Positions 1 to 16,259 of a stretch of DNA of 64,000 nt are shown one piece after another. Positions within the stretch are counted from its first letter, which is position 1. The number at the start of each line of letters is the position of its first letter. Below the pieces are notes generated by a model. The model made no database searches, was not told where the DNA came from, and worked only from the letters and a program-made list of their open reading frames with translations. A program made the position numbers and the translations under genes. Source of the DNA: Eledone cirrhosa (lineage: Eukaryota); assembly GCA_964016885.1 (NCBI GenBank), contig OZ024740.1, positions 259,346,001-259,410,000 of the forward strand, given 5' to 3'.

Positions 1-130
1 GAGACTGTCACTACTTTAAAACAATAGCGTAAGGTCTTCGAAATGAAATGCTTTTAATTAAGCATACAGTGTATTCCAAAATACACTATATATACATTCA
101 TATATATATATCGCTATTTCAGAGCACCAA

Positions 131-185
<55 letters not shown>

Positions 186-646
186 TGTAAATGAGTGGCG
201 TTGTTATTATGTCAAGCTGTATTGGGCTTTTCAATTTCCTTGGACAATATTGTAGGTGTGGAGAGAAGAGACTGGAAACTGGTATGAGCGACTAGTGATC
301 TTCCACAAAACACCCTGCCTAGGTTTATACCCCAGAGGGACAGCAAACCCATGGTCAGTGAGTTACGGGTACATACCCAAGGCCAGTCGTATCCAAAGAG
401 GACCCTTTCTTCTCCCTTTACATTTTGGGCATTCTAGTTAAAAAATATATTGATGAGTGCGGGAAGGCGTACTCAAAATAAATCAATATTTATCAATTCA
501 CTTTTGCAAACAGTACAGATGTGAAACAAGATATATTGATAGAAATCGATAATAACAAAATCTGTATAAATCTATTCCGAGCAAGAATGATAATGCATAT
601 TTCTTTTCTGATTTATATGAACATTCATACATGCATGCACGTACGA

Positions 647-649
<3 letters not shown>

Positions 650-735
<86 letters not shown>

Positions 736-1020
736 TACATACATACATACATATATATATGTATGTATGAATGTATGTATATATATGTATATATGTATAT
801 ATATATATATGTATACATAAATATGTATATACACACATATATATATTCATATATATATATATACATGTACATACATATATACTTATATATATACATAAAT
901 ATACATATATACTTATATATATATATATACATATATTACTATATACTTATATATATATATATACATACATATGTATATACATATATATATACAATATATA
1001 CATATACATAAATATATACA

Positions 1021-1054
<34 letters not shown>

Positions 1055-1335
1055 CATATATATATATATATCTATATATACATACATAACACACGTATAT
1101 ACACTTATGTATATATATGTGTGTGTGTGCGTGTATGTATGTGTGAAGTAGAGAGAAAGGAGAAAAAAGAAAAGGGGAGAAATGGAGATACATACATGCA
1201 TACATACATACACACATACATACATACATACATACATACATACATACATACATACATACATACATACATACATACATACATACATACATGCACATACATA
1301 CATAGATACACATACATACATACATACACACACAT
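650..1335. repeat. Compound (TA)n/(TACA)n microsatellite array
   Basis: Direct reading; explains the many YI/MYVC pseudo-ORFs here. Confidence 0.95.
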
Positions 1336-1354
1336 ACTCACACAGATACATATA

Positions 1355-1437
1355 TGCTTCTGTTTGAAGTGGGGGCCCTGTTCGGAGAGGGAATTCCAGG
1401 ACATTTATCTCCACCGCCCCCAATAAATCCGGCCCTG
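1355..1437. mobile_element. DNA-transposon (hAT/MITE-like) terminal remnant
   Basis: Ends in TAAATCCGGCCCTG, the reverse complement of a CAGGGCCGGATTTA-type TIR; partner end not found. Confidence 0.35.
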
Positions 1438-2680
1438 CACACCAATACCAACCCCATAAACATCACAACCCTACCACTTCCAACATCACTAACGCCAGCC
1501 TCACCGCCACCACTACAATCACACTACCACTGTAGAACCACTAACACCGGCTACATGACCACCCCATCACCACAACACTACCACTTCCAACACCAACATT
1601 ACCACCAACACTACTACAAACACCACCACTATACAGCCACACAACCACCGACAACAAAACCACCACCATCAACAGCACCATCACCATCACTATCACCACC
1701 TCCATCATAATCAAAAACACTATATACTCACACTACCACTAACAACAACACTACCACCACCACCGCCATCACTATCACCATCACAACCAACAACAACACT
1801 ACATACACACACCACCAACACCGCCACTACCGTCACACTACCATCACACTACCACCACCATCACACCACTACCACCACCATCACAACCACCTCTACCATT
1901 GTCATAACCAGCACTATCACCACAACGACCACCATCACTACCACCACAACCCCCGACACCACCACCACCACCACCACTGCCACTACCACTACTATCACCA
2001 CCACCAACACCAACACACACCACAATACCACCACCACCACCACCAACACCAACACCATCACCCCCAACACCACCACCACCAACACCACCACAACACCACC
2101 ACTACCACTACCATAACCACCACAACACCACCACCACCACAACAACAACACCACCACCACCAACACCACCACCACAAACACCACCACCACAACAACAACA
2201 ACACCAACAACACCACCACCAACTCCACCACCACCACAACACCACCACCACCACTACCAAAACCATCACAACAGCACCACCACCACCACCACAACAGCAC
2301 CACCACCACTACCAACTCCATCACCACCACCACCACCACCAACTCCACCACTACCAAAACCACCACAACACCACCACCACCACCACAACAACACCACCAC
2401 CACAACAACACCTACACCACCACAACACCACCACCACAACACTACCACCACTACCACCACGACCACCACCAAAACCACCACAACACCACCACAACACCAC
2501 CACAACACCACCACAACACCACCACGACCACCACCAAAACCACCACAACACCACCACCACCACCATCACCACCACCACCACAACACCACCACAACACCAC
2601 CACAACACCACCACAACACCACCACCACAACACCACCACAACACCACCACCACCACCACCACCAACACCACCACTAGCCA
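1438..2680. repeat. (CAC/CCA/CAA)n low-complexity trinucleotide region
   Basis: Direct reading. Confidence 0.9.
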
Positions 2681-2824
2681 TATTATCATGCAGTGACAAT
2701 TAAAGGGAAAAGAGATAAGGTTGTTTTTGTAGCTGATGATATCCATCTGGATAATATGATATATATCTCATCTCACTGATACCGATTGGATTGCTTTATA
2801 TATGTGTGTATATATATATATATT

Positions 2825-2912
<88 letters not shown>

Positions 2913-3459
2913 CATGTATATATGTATGTATCTGTGTGAGTGTGTGCATAAATATGTACACATTTTATATATATATATATGTATATGTGTGTGTGTGTGT
3001 GTGTGTGAATGTATGTGTGAAGTGCAAAGTAATGTAGAGAGAGTGTGTACGCGTGTGTGTAATTACACATGATTATTATGTATATATATGTGTTATGTAT
3101 TTATATGTATATGTATATACATTGTTTAGCCTTCTATCTCTTTCCACATTATATTTATACGTATGCATTAGTGAGTGGGTATGTGCGTGTGTGTCCTTGT
3201 ATGTATATGTGCGTGTGTTATCGATTGGTTTATCAACAAGTCCGACAACTGCGGCTGGACTGATGAGGATCTGGCGCCATTGGGAATCTGAATGATGTGT
3301 GGCTAGGGGAGAGATAAGTAAATAAAAGGGTGAGATTCAAAGCAGACATATGCTACAATCATTTCAGATGTTTCGCTACACAACCGAATTTATTCAAACA
3401 TACATATGGATGGACAGACTGTAATAAATATGTAAATTCATTATTGTTTTATGCGGGTC

Positions 3460-3514
<55 letters not shown>

Positions 3515-3641
3515 ATATATTAAGATATGGGTGCGTGTGTGTGCGTGTATACATAGATACATATATATGCATTTATATATATATATATACAATCTTCTAA
3601 GTTTATGTATTATACATAGATAAAATAGATTGTGTGTGTGC

Positions 3642-3729
<88 letters not shown>

Positions 3730-4572
3730 GTATGTATAATTGTGTAAGAACGCTATACATCAGTATGGTAAACCAAACTGATCGGATGTGCAAAAACATA
3801 TTTAATATATTTAAAACATATTTAATCTGCCTATACTGTAACAACAACAACCACAACAACAACAACATTAACAACAACAATAATCATGAGGGTTTGTATT
3901 TCACTGTATTTCACTGTAGGTAGCACCAATATCAAAGAAATATCAAAGCTTTAGCGAACAGATATTGGCGTCAGTCTTGCAAATGTTTACTAAATAAATT
4001 TTGTTTACGTAATAACGCTACATTGCTTGGCAGCCATATTGGTTCTTCATCCAGACTATATACGAAAGGAAATACATGTGTGGGGGGGAGGGGGGTGTAT
4101 TGATTTCTAACTCTGACTACAAATTTCCTAGTAGTGTGGTGGAGGGATATAGTCAATTTAATCGATCCTAATATTTCACTGGTGCCTATTTTATCGTGCC
4201 TCACAAGGTGGAAATGGAATATTTTTCTGTGTTGGCAGGATTTGAACGCAGTACGGAAAAGGACGGAAGTAAAAACCGAAAGTCATTTATTCCGATTTTC
4301 TAATAAAATGATAAAAATATCGCCTGGATATTACTGGTACTTTATTGAGCAAGAATGTATGACAATGGAAGTCGCTTTCTGTAATGGTGGCATGGTCCCA
4401 TAACTCCTGATGGAGTCGTGGGGATACCATATTGACATACGGCGTTTCTTGAACATTTTATGCCTGACGGAACCCATCTCCTCTCCAGGTCTGAGTGCAG
4501 CAGATTTTTTCCAAAGAAGGATAGAAAGGTTGAAAGAGAGGGAGTGAGAAAGAGACATAGAAGAAGAATCAT

Positions 4573-4725
4573 CCCAGTACTTGACTGGTACTTTTTTTAT
4601 CGACCTCAAAACGATGAAAGGTAAAGCTGACCTCAGCGGGATTTGAACTCGGAGAGTAAGGAGCCGAAACAAATACCGCAAAACATTCTATCCGACGTTC
4701 TAACGACTCTGCCAATTCGCCGCCT
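4573..4725 (-). mobile_element. tRNA-derived SINE family 1 (MetaSINE-like central domain)
   Basis: Minus strand has A-box-like TGGCAGAGTCG, B box GAGTTCAAATCC, then CCTTTCATC...GGTCGATAAA...GTACCAG; homologous to copies at 27173, 44502 and 60160. Confidence 0.8.
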
Positions 4726-5207
4726 TCAACATAAAAGGACTTAACTAAATGCAGGCTAAGAATTTTTATCCAAAATACCATTTTCCGAAAACTTAACTAA
4801 ATACAAACCATTTTATCCAATACTCCACAAATATTTTAGACACCTGCCTAAAAGATTTGTTTGGTGTAATGTTTGATATTCTCTGTCTGATAAGCATCTG
4901 TAATGGATCTTTTTTACATTTTATGAGTGTTTTAAGTCTTTTAACCATCATTTACCATGTTAATGCATGTAGTATTTGAAATAAAATTTAAACTTACTGC
5001 ACAGGTGAGCATCAACTGTCTGTTAAAATAACCACTGCTACAGATTCAACATAGACTTACATATTAAAAATATGCTTAAAGCTTCCGGAATCTGCTATTA
5101 GTTCCAACTTCCGGACACAACCACAAGGAAACATGTATTTGATGGGTATATATACCCATTTGCTCTTAGCATTATTCTTAAATGGATGTGGTATATATAT
5201 ATATGTG

Positions 5208-5745
<538 letters not shown>

Positions 5746-6032
5746 ATATGTTTATATATACATGTATATGTATGTATACACATATATTTGTATACCTCTC
5801 ATTATATATATATAAGAGAGAGACATATCATAAGAACCGAGAAGAAGGAACTGTGATATAATATATTAGATGCCTTTAGCCGAAGTTAAGCGTGCTCAAT
5901 GCTTAGAAATGCAATGTTAAATATTATAGTGGGGTTAATATTTAAGGAGAGTTATGTGCAGAAGATAAAGCAGAGCGGGTATAATCAGAAATATATGGAG
6001 GAGAAAGCAAGACCTTTAAAAACAAAATTTAA

Positions 6033-6135
6033 TTCTTACTCGGTATTTCATCTTCAAGTACATTTACAATACAGTAGGTAGACATATAGGAATATATTCC
6101 ACCCTAGAGATGCACTTATAAGACTCATCAGAGAA
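6033..6135 (-). ncRNA. Type I hammerhead ribozyme with extended stem II
   Basis: Minus strand: UUCU-CUGAUGA-GUCUUAUAAGUGCAU...AUGUACUUGAAGAU-GAAA-UACCGA-GUA-AGAA; stem III imperfect. Confidence 0.6.
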
Positions 6136-6279
6136 AAAAGTTTGTCCTTAAAGATGTCACTGAAGAGATAGTCAAAGTCCGTACGACAGCAAAGCAAAGG
6201 CTACACATTCATGAAACGTTTATTCTTTAAGAATTATGGAGGTATTAAGAATACGTCTGTGTCCATGCTATACCTATTG

Positions 6280-6800
6280 TTTATTTGCTCTTGGCAACTG
6301 CTCCTTACTGAGGTTTGAATCGTCTGAAAGTTCATCGATGAAGGTTTGAGCAGGTCTAGCTATACTGCGTCTCCCGTAAGTTTGTCCTCACAATAGGTAG
6401 ATAGATATCTCATCATCCTCTTTGCGACCACTGTCGAACATTCCTGATAAAGTCTCTCCACAATCCACAATTTTCCATTGTTGCTGGCAACTGTTCCCCA
6501 CTCAGGTTTGTATCATCTGAGAGTTGGTCGACGAAGGTTCAAGCAAGTCTCCCTTTACTGCGTCTCCCGTGAATTGGTTCCCACAATAGTAACATGTTTA
6601 TAAGTTCTTGCTTACTTCTCCAGCAATGTCCTGCAAATCGTAACCGTCTTTGAGCAATTGTAGTTGTAATATTGGGCAAGTTTCCCTAAAAAACAGTTTA
6701 TATTTTGTACAACCCTAAACATTTTAGTGTATACACCATAGTTTCTTCTCAATTGCTTGTATCAGGGTCTACGTATCTGATCCATACAACAACACTGACT
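6280..6800 (-). mobile_element. RTE-clade LINE 3' fragment with partial duplication of its end
   Basis: Minus translation TIAQRRLRFAGHCWRSKQELINMLLLWEPIHGRRSKGR; 6290-6395 repeats 6485-6590. Confidence 0.75.
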
Positions 6801-7204
6801 CAACAAATGCTCTGAAGAGAAGGGGCAGTCGCCTACGTTATGGGTGGCCCTTTCTCCTACTTTCCTATACAGCCAGATCTGCCATTCTTTACCCCTTCGC
6901 CCCTCTATTCATTGCTTGGTTTCGATTTTATCTTTTTCCTTTTCTTTTTTCTTTTTCTTTCATATTTCCATCAATATTTGCAATGCTATTTATGTAACTG
7001 TGAATTGATTTATTGACCCTAATCAATTGTTTTTGTATTTTTCTATTGTTATTAAATATTGCTCTGTAAAATAAACTACTAACAAATTAGAAAATTAACA
7101 ACTAGTAAAGTTTCAGACAACAAAACGGATAAAGATTGCAAAGGAATAAAACTATCTATTTTCCTATTGCGCCGCCCCACTCCCGAAAATACGATGTCAT
7201 GTAT

Positions 7205-7275
<71 letters not shown>

Positions 7276-7372
7276 TTGTGTGTGTGTGTGTGTTCATATA
7301 TATATATTGGATGTATATGTATATACGTAATTATATATTTGATGTATATGAATAAATGCATATATATATCTG

Positions 7373-7405
<33 letters not shown>

Positions 7406-7527
7406 CTGTGTGGGTAGAGTATATATATATAAGAGGCGTGAATGTATGTATGCCATTTGTATAAATGTATCTAATTATATGTGGGATGTATACATATGTA
7501 ATATATATACATACATACATACATACA

Positions 7528-7558
<31 letters not shown>

Positions 7559-7643
7559 CTACTCCAATGTGTAAATATGTGTTTGTATATATCTATGATC
7601 TTTATAAATATATGTATATAATTATATATAGGACGTATATAAA

Positions 7644-7706
<63 letters not shown>

Positions 7707-8307
7707 ATATATATATATATGATCTTTATTAATATATGTATATAAATAGATGTATGTGTATGTATATCTATGATCTTTATATATATATGTATGTAATTAT
7801 ATTTAGGTTGTGTTTGTTTGTTTGTAAAATATATAACTAATCCGTATTCTATATACTTTTACCCACGTCTACAATATTTTTTTCATATATTTTATCTAAC
7901 TTGCTTTTACTCGATTTTTATTCGTCGTGTTCTGAAAACATTCTAACTATTCTGTGCACAGTTCCAAAGACAGATGTTTTAGAAAAACACCATTAAACGG
8001 TATTAACGAATATAACTCACTAGAAACGTTTTGAACGGAATTTCTTTTCAAGTTTCAATACTGAAGTCGTGTGAAACCCATTTAACCAACTTAGAAGCTG
8101 TAAATATCACAATAATTTGTTTAAATTCTACAGGGAGACAGCGAATTCTTCAATGGAACTGCAGGACCAAAGAAGCTTTTTTTTTTTAGAAGCGTGCTGT
8201 TATGAAGACTCAACAATTTTTCGTTGTTGTTGATTTTATTTTTGATTTTTTGTTAACTGGCTTGAAATTTGGATGACATTGAGAGCGATGGAGACAGAGA
8301 GAGAGGG

Positions 8308-8309
<2 letters not shown>

Positions 8310-8392
<83 letters not shown>
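8310..8392. repeat. (AG)n microsatellite
   Basis: Direct reading. Confidence 0.95.
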
Positions 8393-8395
<3 letters not shown>

Positions 8396-9409
8396 TGCTC
8401 GAGAAACGGTCAAACGGTTTGACGGGAGTTTCTCTGATGTCGACGTAATTTGTTGGAAATGATCAAAGAGTGGTAAATATAGCGAAATCATAAGCTTAAT
8501 TTCGTCCACGCTCTTTATCAGATATGGAAGTACGCCAAAAATGGCTTTTTTGTTTGTTTGGGGCTTGGGGGAGAGGGCGTTTAGATATATTCGTGACTGA
8601 CTAACTGACAAAATGGAAACAAAATTTGTTTTAGAAAATAAAAAAATATATAACCAAAATTGTTAGTAGTGTTGTTCAAAAAGGCCGCTATCTTGCGAAT
8701 CAGCGACTTTACTGTGATGAGGTTTAGAAAATACAAGAATCTAGACCTGGAGCGGGGAGCCGGTGGTCTTAAGGTAGCATATGGGCTTCTTGAAATACTA
8801 GGGACAGAGTTGGATTTAGACCTTCGGGGCCCAGGGAACTTCAGGTTTAGAGAAGCCCTTCATACACAAACATTTAGAATACACATCAACCCCCTTTCCC
8901 AATTTTACATATCAAAGTTAGCGTGGTGCAAGTAATTGGAAATGAAAAGTTATACATACAGGTATTAAATTAAAAAATTCTAACCATCCTAAAACAAAAA
9001 CGCCCAGTTTAGGGCACAAATAAATTGCTACGGCTGTCGCTGGTGGGAGGGACCCCACTACAGGAAACTTGGGTAATTGCCCACTTTGCTCCCCATTAAA
9101 TCTAGTCTAGGAGCACAGCATTCGAGAGCAAACCTTCATATTGGAATACAATTTTGCTGATTTCAGTTCATTTAACGTCTATCTTTTGAACTAATATGTC
9201 TCGTAGAAAAACTCAAATTTTTTTTATTAATAGCATTTATTCATAATAATCATATTCTTAAAATAACTGAGGTTTAACGAGACAATTTCTTTATACTTCA
9301 AAATGTGACCGCGTTGGATTTCAGTTAATTTCTAAGCGGTTTTCCAGCAAAAAAATGTTCCCCATCCCTAGTCTAGAGGCTAGAATCTAGAGGGAAATAA
9401 AAACGTTAA

Positions 9410-9660
9410 AATTTACAAGCAAAACCAACCGGCAAGAGACCCAGTGGTAGACCGCGAGCAAGATGGTTGGATAACATCCATGAGCTTGGCTGGTCTCGCT
9501 TGGTGGGGGGGGGGGCGTCCAACCGGATCAGTTGCAAACGGTTGCTTCTGACAGGACCCACTGAAGAAGAAGAAGAAGAAGAAGAAGAAGAAGAAGAAGA
9601 AGAAGAAGAAGAAGAAGAAGAAGAAGAAGAAGAAGAAGAAGAAGAAGAAGAAGAAGAAGA
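9410..9660 (+). mobile_element. RTE (Expander-like) 3' fragment followed by a (GAA)n array
   Basis: QAKPTGKRPSGRPRARWLDNIHELGWSRL; (GAA)n at 9563-9660. Confidence 0.6.
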
Positions 9661-9860
9661 ATTAATTGTAGTTAAAGTGTTCAGCTCAAAATTGCATGAC
9701 CGTGAGTTCAGTTCCCAGTAGCGCATTGTCTGTCTTATCTTTCTCCCAACTCGAGACATACTTTTCCCATATATATTTATTTATGTATGTATGTATGTAT
9801 GTATGTATGTATGTATGTATGTATGTATGTATGTATGTATGTATGTATGTATGTATATCT

Positions 9861-12760
9861 AGGTCGGGTAAAATTACCGAAATCCATGGACGAGTTCTCT
9901 CCAGCGGTCTCTGTCCCTCATTATCGCTGCCATGCCCTGCGTCTCCAAGAGACCAGTGTCTGTCCTTAGGGCATCAACATATGTCAACCTCGGTCTCCTT
10001 CTTCTAGTGCGTCCATGCAGGGGCTCCCACAGGAGCACTGAGCGCAGTGTCAACTCTGGATGTCGATGAGCATGTCCAGCTAACTTCAGTCTCCTCTGTG
10101 TCACTTTCTAACTGACTTTTGGGAGGTTCCCGTACAGCTCTGAGTTCTTCATCCTCAGTGTATACTGATTAATGTTCAGAGCCATCCTCAGCATTCTCGT
10201 GTAGCACATATCCACCACCTGAGTGAGTTTCTTGCTCAGTGTCAAAGTCTCAGACCCATACAGTAGCACAGACTCCACTACAGCAACGAAGAGACGGATC
10301 TTCAGGTCTACACGAAGGTCCGACTTCCACACCGATCTCAAACTGTGACATGCCGCCGAGGCTTTCCTCTTCCTCTCAACCACATCATCCTCTGTTTTCC
10401 CAAACTTTGCTCCCAAATACAGGAAGTGCTAACCAACTCTAAGGGCTTCCTTTAGACATTCACAATCTTCTCTGACTTCTTAATGTTCTCTACCAGATAC
10501 TTCGTCTTAATTTCATTCATTCTCAGCCCCGCAATCATCGACACAGTCTCCACCTCCTGCATCAACTCCTCTGCCTCCTTCACTGCGTTTGCCATCAGAA
10601 CTATGTCGTCAGCAAATTCAGCATCTGATATCTTTTTAGCCTTAACTTTCCTGCTCTGAGCCAGTGTTACAGTAAAGCCAGAGTCCTGGTGTTTCTCCAG
10701 TGCAAGGAGTCCACTGCGATGATAAAAAGGTAGGGAGCTAATGTATCTCCCTGGAGCACTCCAGCCAGCATCTAAAAGAACTCCGTCATCCCATCAGGTA
10801 TAATGACTTGGGCTTTGGAATTGGTATAGGGCAGTGATATCAGATCCACTATCTTCATGGGGATTCCATAACCCTGTAAGATCTTCATCAGGCAGTGACG
10901 GTCCACAGAATCAAAGGCCTTCCTAAAGTCAATGAAAACCATGACCGCAGGAAGGCTCTTTGCTCTAACTCCCTCTAATATCCTTCTCAGCATCAGGATG
11001 TGACTGGTGGTTGATCTTCCCTCTCTGAAGCTATTCTGGTCCTCTCTGAGCTTCTTCTCCATCTCGGGCTGGATCCTGTTAAGAATCATCCTGTTGAGGG
11101 TCTTTGCCACAAACGATGTCAGTGAGATCCTCCTGTAGTTGTTGGTGTTAGAGAGATCTCCCTTCTTTGGCACTGGGACGATGTTACTGAACCTCCACTG
11201 ATTCGCGGCAACTCCTTTCTCCACTACCTGGTTACAGAACTCCAGGATGATATCAAAATCACACTTCTTCATCACCTCTGATGCCACTCCAACTTCTCCA
11301 TGAGCCCTGTCCTCCTTGATCTTCTTCTTGGCTCTCTGAAGCTCCTCTCTGGAGAATAGTCCTGTCTCAATATCCAGTTCCTCAAACAGCTGTCTGATCA
11401 CCCTAGTGTTCTGGGATGTGGAAAGTGGCTCTCCTAGTAGGGTCCTAAAATGGTCCAACCATTTCCTCTTCCTATCCTCGGGCCATTTTCCCTGGATCTG
11501 ACTCGAACTCCCTCTCTTCCTCCCTGTGATTAGCATGGAATTTGTCCTTGGCAGCTTTCAGGTGTTCCCTGGCTGCACACACTCTTGGGTCTGCAGCGCT
11601 GACATGCTTCCTCTTCTTCTCTCTCCTCGGCACCAGGGTCTCACTTGCTTCTACCACTGCATTGGTAAATTACCCATACCTCCTCGTCACACTCTCCTCG
11701 GTCCCTCCAATCTCTCACACCTCTGCCTCTCTACACATACCACTGAACCTGTTCCTCACTTCTACTGAGTATCTCTCCTGTAGCTTATCATCTTCCTTGA
11801 AAGCTCCCCAGTCGTAGATTGCTCTCCGGAGCTGAGTCTTACTCTTTCTTAAGCTCACCCAGACCTCACTCATAACAAGCCGGTGGTCATTGCCAAGTGT
11901 ACTGAAATAATTGTATTCCACCACTTTTTCCTCACCAGAATGAAATCAATCTGGGACTTGGACAGGTGCATATATCAGAGATGTAGGTCCACATCTTCCC
12001 CGGATTCTTCCTAAACCTTAGGTTGGTTGCATCAAGTTCGCCTCCAGCAGTGTGTCTCTCAGTAGTCTTCCATTTCGGTTGGTGTTGTTATGGAAGTACC
12101 AGCAAGGATCTTCACTGATCTCCTTACTCAGATGTGCATTGGAGTCAACCAGAACAAGCAGGATGTTATGAGCTGGTGTGGCGTTGACAGCTCTACACAC
12201 TTCCTCATGGAACTCTTCTGCACTTACATCACTGTCTCCCTCGGTTGGACTATAGGCTGAGATGACTGCCATTGAAGGTCACCCTCAACACTCGCGGGGA
12301 GACAGGTATGATTTCCTTAGCCAATAGATTGGTTTTTGCACTGAACACAAAACCCACTTCTCCTACTGCAGCATTAGTTGTGTTGCTCAGAGCTGATGTG
12401 GTGTTGAGCTGGCTCCTCTTCCCAATCAGCACTCTCTTCACAGGCTCATCATGTAGGATCCTGTGTTCTTGGATCGCAAGTATCTGCATACCACTCTAAG
12501 GAGAGTGGTATACAGATGTCCCAACTCCTCTCTCTTCTCCAGCGTCCGAACAGTCCTCACATTCAGAGTGCCGAATTCAATGGCTCTTCTGCAGGACAAA
12601 ACTATATTCTTTATCTTTGTCTCAGAGACAGCTGATCCATCAGCCACTGGCCCTCCCTGTGGCTCTAAACCAGCCGAGTCATAACGACCAGACTGTTCTT
12701 TGACAGTGTAGTTAAGGGCTCTAACCCTAGTGCTGTTAAATACACTCTCCATGGTTCTTT
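9861..12760 (-). mobile_element. Near full-length decayed RTE-clade LINE (APE endonuclease + RT)
   Basis: FGTLNVRT, LAIQEHR, VISAYSPT, NDHRLV (APE); IVPVPKKGDLS..NYRRISL, FIDFRKAFDSV, LLYGSET, RRLKLAGH (RT and C-terminus); several stops and frameshifts. Confidence 0.92.
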
Positions 12761-12849
12761 TCAATGGCTGATAATACATTACCGGTGCCACTCGAATAAG
12801 ATAATTATTTAACCTATAAATGGGGTCATAATAGGTACTACTACTCCGG

Positions 12850-14980
12850 GCTTGGCAATACTCCCACGATTTCTCGAATACCTGCAGTGTGAATATTTGG
12901 TCGGCTGTGCAGCGTCCAGGGCGCAAACCACACTGTTCATTAGCTAGCCTGGACTCGACAATCTCCCTGCATCTCTTTGTCAGGCACTTAACATAGACTT
13001 TACCGGGAAGGTTTTACAAGAATCTTCCTCTGTAATTGAAACAATCTCTCTTGTGTCTCTTTTTAAAAATTGGGATTATCAACCCCGATTGCCATTGCTT
13101 AGGTGCCTTTCCAGAGATCCAGGCCACCCGACACATACGAGTCAGCTAGAGAACACCTATATTTAAGGCTTTTAATATCTCGGTCCGGATTTTGTCTTCC
13201 CCAGCGGCCTTGCCACATTTGAGCTCGTTAACTGCTCTTGTGACCTCAGCATCCGAGAGATTAGTCACAGCCCCCAAATGCACCTCGTTGACATCAAAAA
13301 TTGCTGTTGTGATCAGGTTTAGGAGATCAGAAAATTATTCTCTCTACCTCGCGGGGATGCACCTCTCTGACGAGAGGAATACCCCAGAGGCGTTTTTGAT
13401 AGGTGTGGAGGGGGGCTTCTTATTATGAAATCGGCAGATGGTCTGCCAGAACAATTTATTTGCTGATCTGAAGTCGGATTCCAGCTTAACACCAAAGTCC
13501 TCGCATGACATACATTAGGGCGCCTTTACTGTCTCTGCTGCGATTTTTCGTGCTTGCTTGTATCGCAAGTGCAAGAATGAGGACTTATTTCCAAGTCAAG
13601 CGTCGTAAGCCTCCTTCTTTGCTCAGGTGGCATCTTTGGCCTCTTGATTGAACCAAAGGGTTCTCCTGCCATCTGATGCCACACCAAGCCTCTTTCGCCC
13701 ACAGCATTTAACAGCTGAATCAGAAACTGCTGAGCCGAGCAATCTCCACTCTGTCTCAACGTCCTTAGTTTGCTCAGGGAGTTCTGTGAATTTGGATGCA
13801 ATAGTATCTGAATACCTGGTCCTGATTTCGTTATCTACCAATCCTTCCCACTTTATCCTGTAGGTCACCATGGACCTGCAAGTTGTGTTGGCTTCCTTGG
13901 CTTTAGGTAGTCTCAAGTTGCAGATAACTAGGTGGTGATCACATGACAGCTCAGCCCCTCTCTTAACACCGACATCCAGCACAGAAATCAATCATTGATC
14001 TCTGTGCCTGATTCCCCTTATATCATGTATATCTATGTATGTCTATGTGCTGGAAGGTGTTCATAATAGAGAGTCCATTGCTAGAACAGAAGTCTAGTAA
14101 GGCCTCTCCATTCGTATTTAGATCGGGCTAACCATTCCTTCCAATCATTCCTTTCCATGTCTGGTGGTCAGTACCAACATGTGCATTGAAATCTCCCATC
14201 AGGATATATGACTCAATCTTAACTACATCTAACGATGCGGTAACTTCATCAAGGAAGGACTTGTATTCGGCACCTTGTTTGGTGTATAAATTTGCACCAC
14301 CCATAGAGACCTATCTTTCACCCTAAGCTTCAAGAGGAAAATCCTCATTCCTAAAGGATCCAGTCCTCAACACATTCTGACAGCCGGGGGCTTGTGAGTA
14401 TCCCCACTCCCACCTACGTAGTCATTTCTGGAGTTTCCATCCTCCATCCAAATTTACAGTATCAGAGCAACCCCGACTATATCTAGTCGGCTGCATCTAG
14501 CCTCCTCCACAAGTTCCTGCTCCTTACCTGTAAGGGTTGTGATATTCCAGGTTCAAACTGTTATGGTTTACTCCCTTCCGGACCCTCTTTGGGGTCTCAG
14601 GATACGCAAACTTTGTGCATCCATCCCACGTCTCCCAAAAGAGGTTGCAGGTCTATTGCTAGTTTTTGCAGCATGAGATGGAGACTGCAATATATATTTT
14701 GAACAGACCTCTCTACCTAAGACCTGAACTCGTCCCTTGTTATCCCGCGCGAAGGTCGATGCAGTGTGGTTCGTTTGAGGCTTCCTCATCATATTGCAGT
14801 TGTAGTTTCAGTGGTCTTATTCGCGCCAGTTACCAATCTGGTACTTGTCAAACACGCAAAAACTAGGTTTTTTAGGGGTGGCCCTTACTCGCCTCATCGT
14901 TGCTACCTCCACTAGTAGCTGAACGGATTTCTTATTCGTCCGGCAGTTGCCCACTTATATTGCAACTAGCCATCATATAT
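12850..14980 (-). mobile_element. RTE (Expander-like) LINE 5' part: 5'UTR, APE and RT N-terminus
   Basis: GAELSCDHHLVICNL, RPGRCTADQIFTLQVFEKSWEY; decayed. Confidence 0.85.
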
Positions 14981-15030
14981 GGTGGCCGTATCACTATTCG
15001 CCACATGCGATCCGTTCTCTAGCAGGACAG

Positions 15031-15910
<880 letters not shown>

Positions 15911-16259
15911 AACTGATGATTTCTTACGAATGAACATTTCATTTCTATAATCAAATAAAGATGCTTATACTCTACTAACCTATTGAGTACCTTTTTTAAC
16001 TGTGGTTACCTCCTGATATACATCGGGAATCCACCTATTATATATATATATATGGGGGTGGTCTGTGTCTGTGTGTCTGTGTTAGGGAATTGGATTCGCA
16101 AGCACGAGGTGGTGAGTTCGAATCTCTGACCAGGTGATGTGTTGTTTCCTTAGGAAACAACAGTGGCCATACATATACCACAACAACGATAAATACAGAA
16201 AGGTTGATATACTGTAGTATAAGTTTGGTAGTAATATCCAAGGGTTAGAGCACTCATAA

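Noticed and set aside
245-290. Possible + strand micro-exon (tag|GTGTGGAGAGAAGAGACTGGAAACTG|gtatga)
   Set aside because: Splice-like ends only; no recognisable peptide or partner exons
3241-3291. Peptide SDNCGWTDEDLAPLGI* and a CTGATGAG word
   Set aside because: Weak acceptor and no recognised homology; no matching GAAA or stems for an HHR
498-3923. Many long ORFs ([16 protein letters not shown])
   Set aside because: Stop-free translations of microsatellites and low-complexity repeats
4330-5135. Possible small minus-strand gene (GTAAGT donors near 4998 and 5070, CCGGAAG motifs)
   Set aside because: Could not build a consistent exon chain or recognise a product
8805-9110. Degraded hAT-like MITE with GGATTTA/TAAATC ends
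   Set aside because: Terminal repeats too decayed to support
9467-9759. Poly-Glu and poly-Ser ORFs
   Set aside because: Translations of the (GAA)n array
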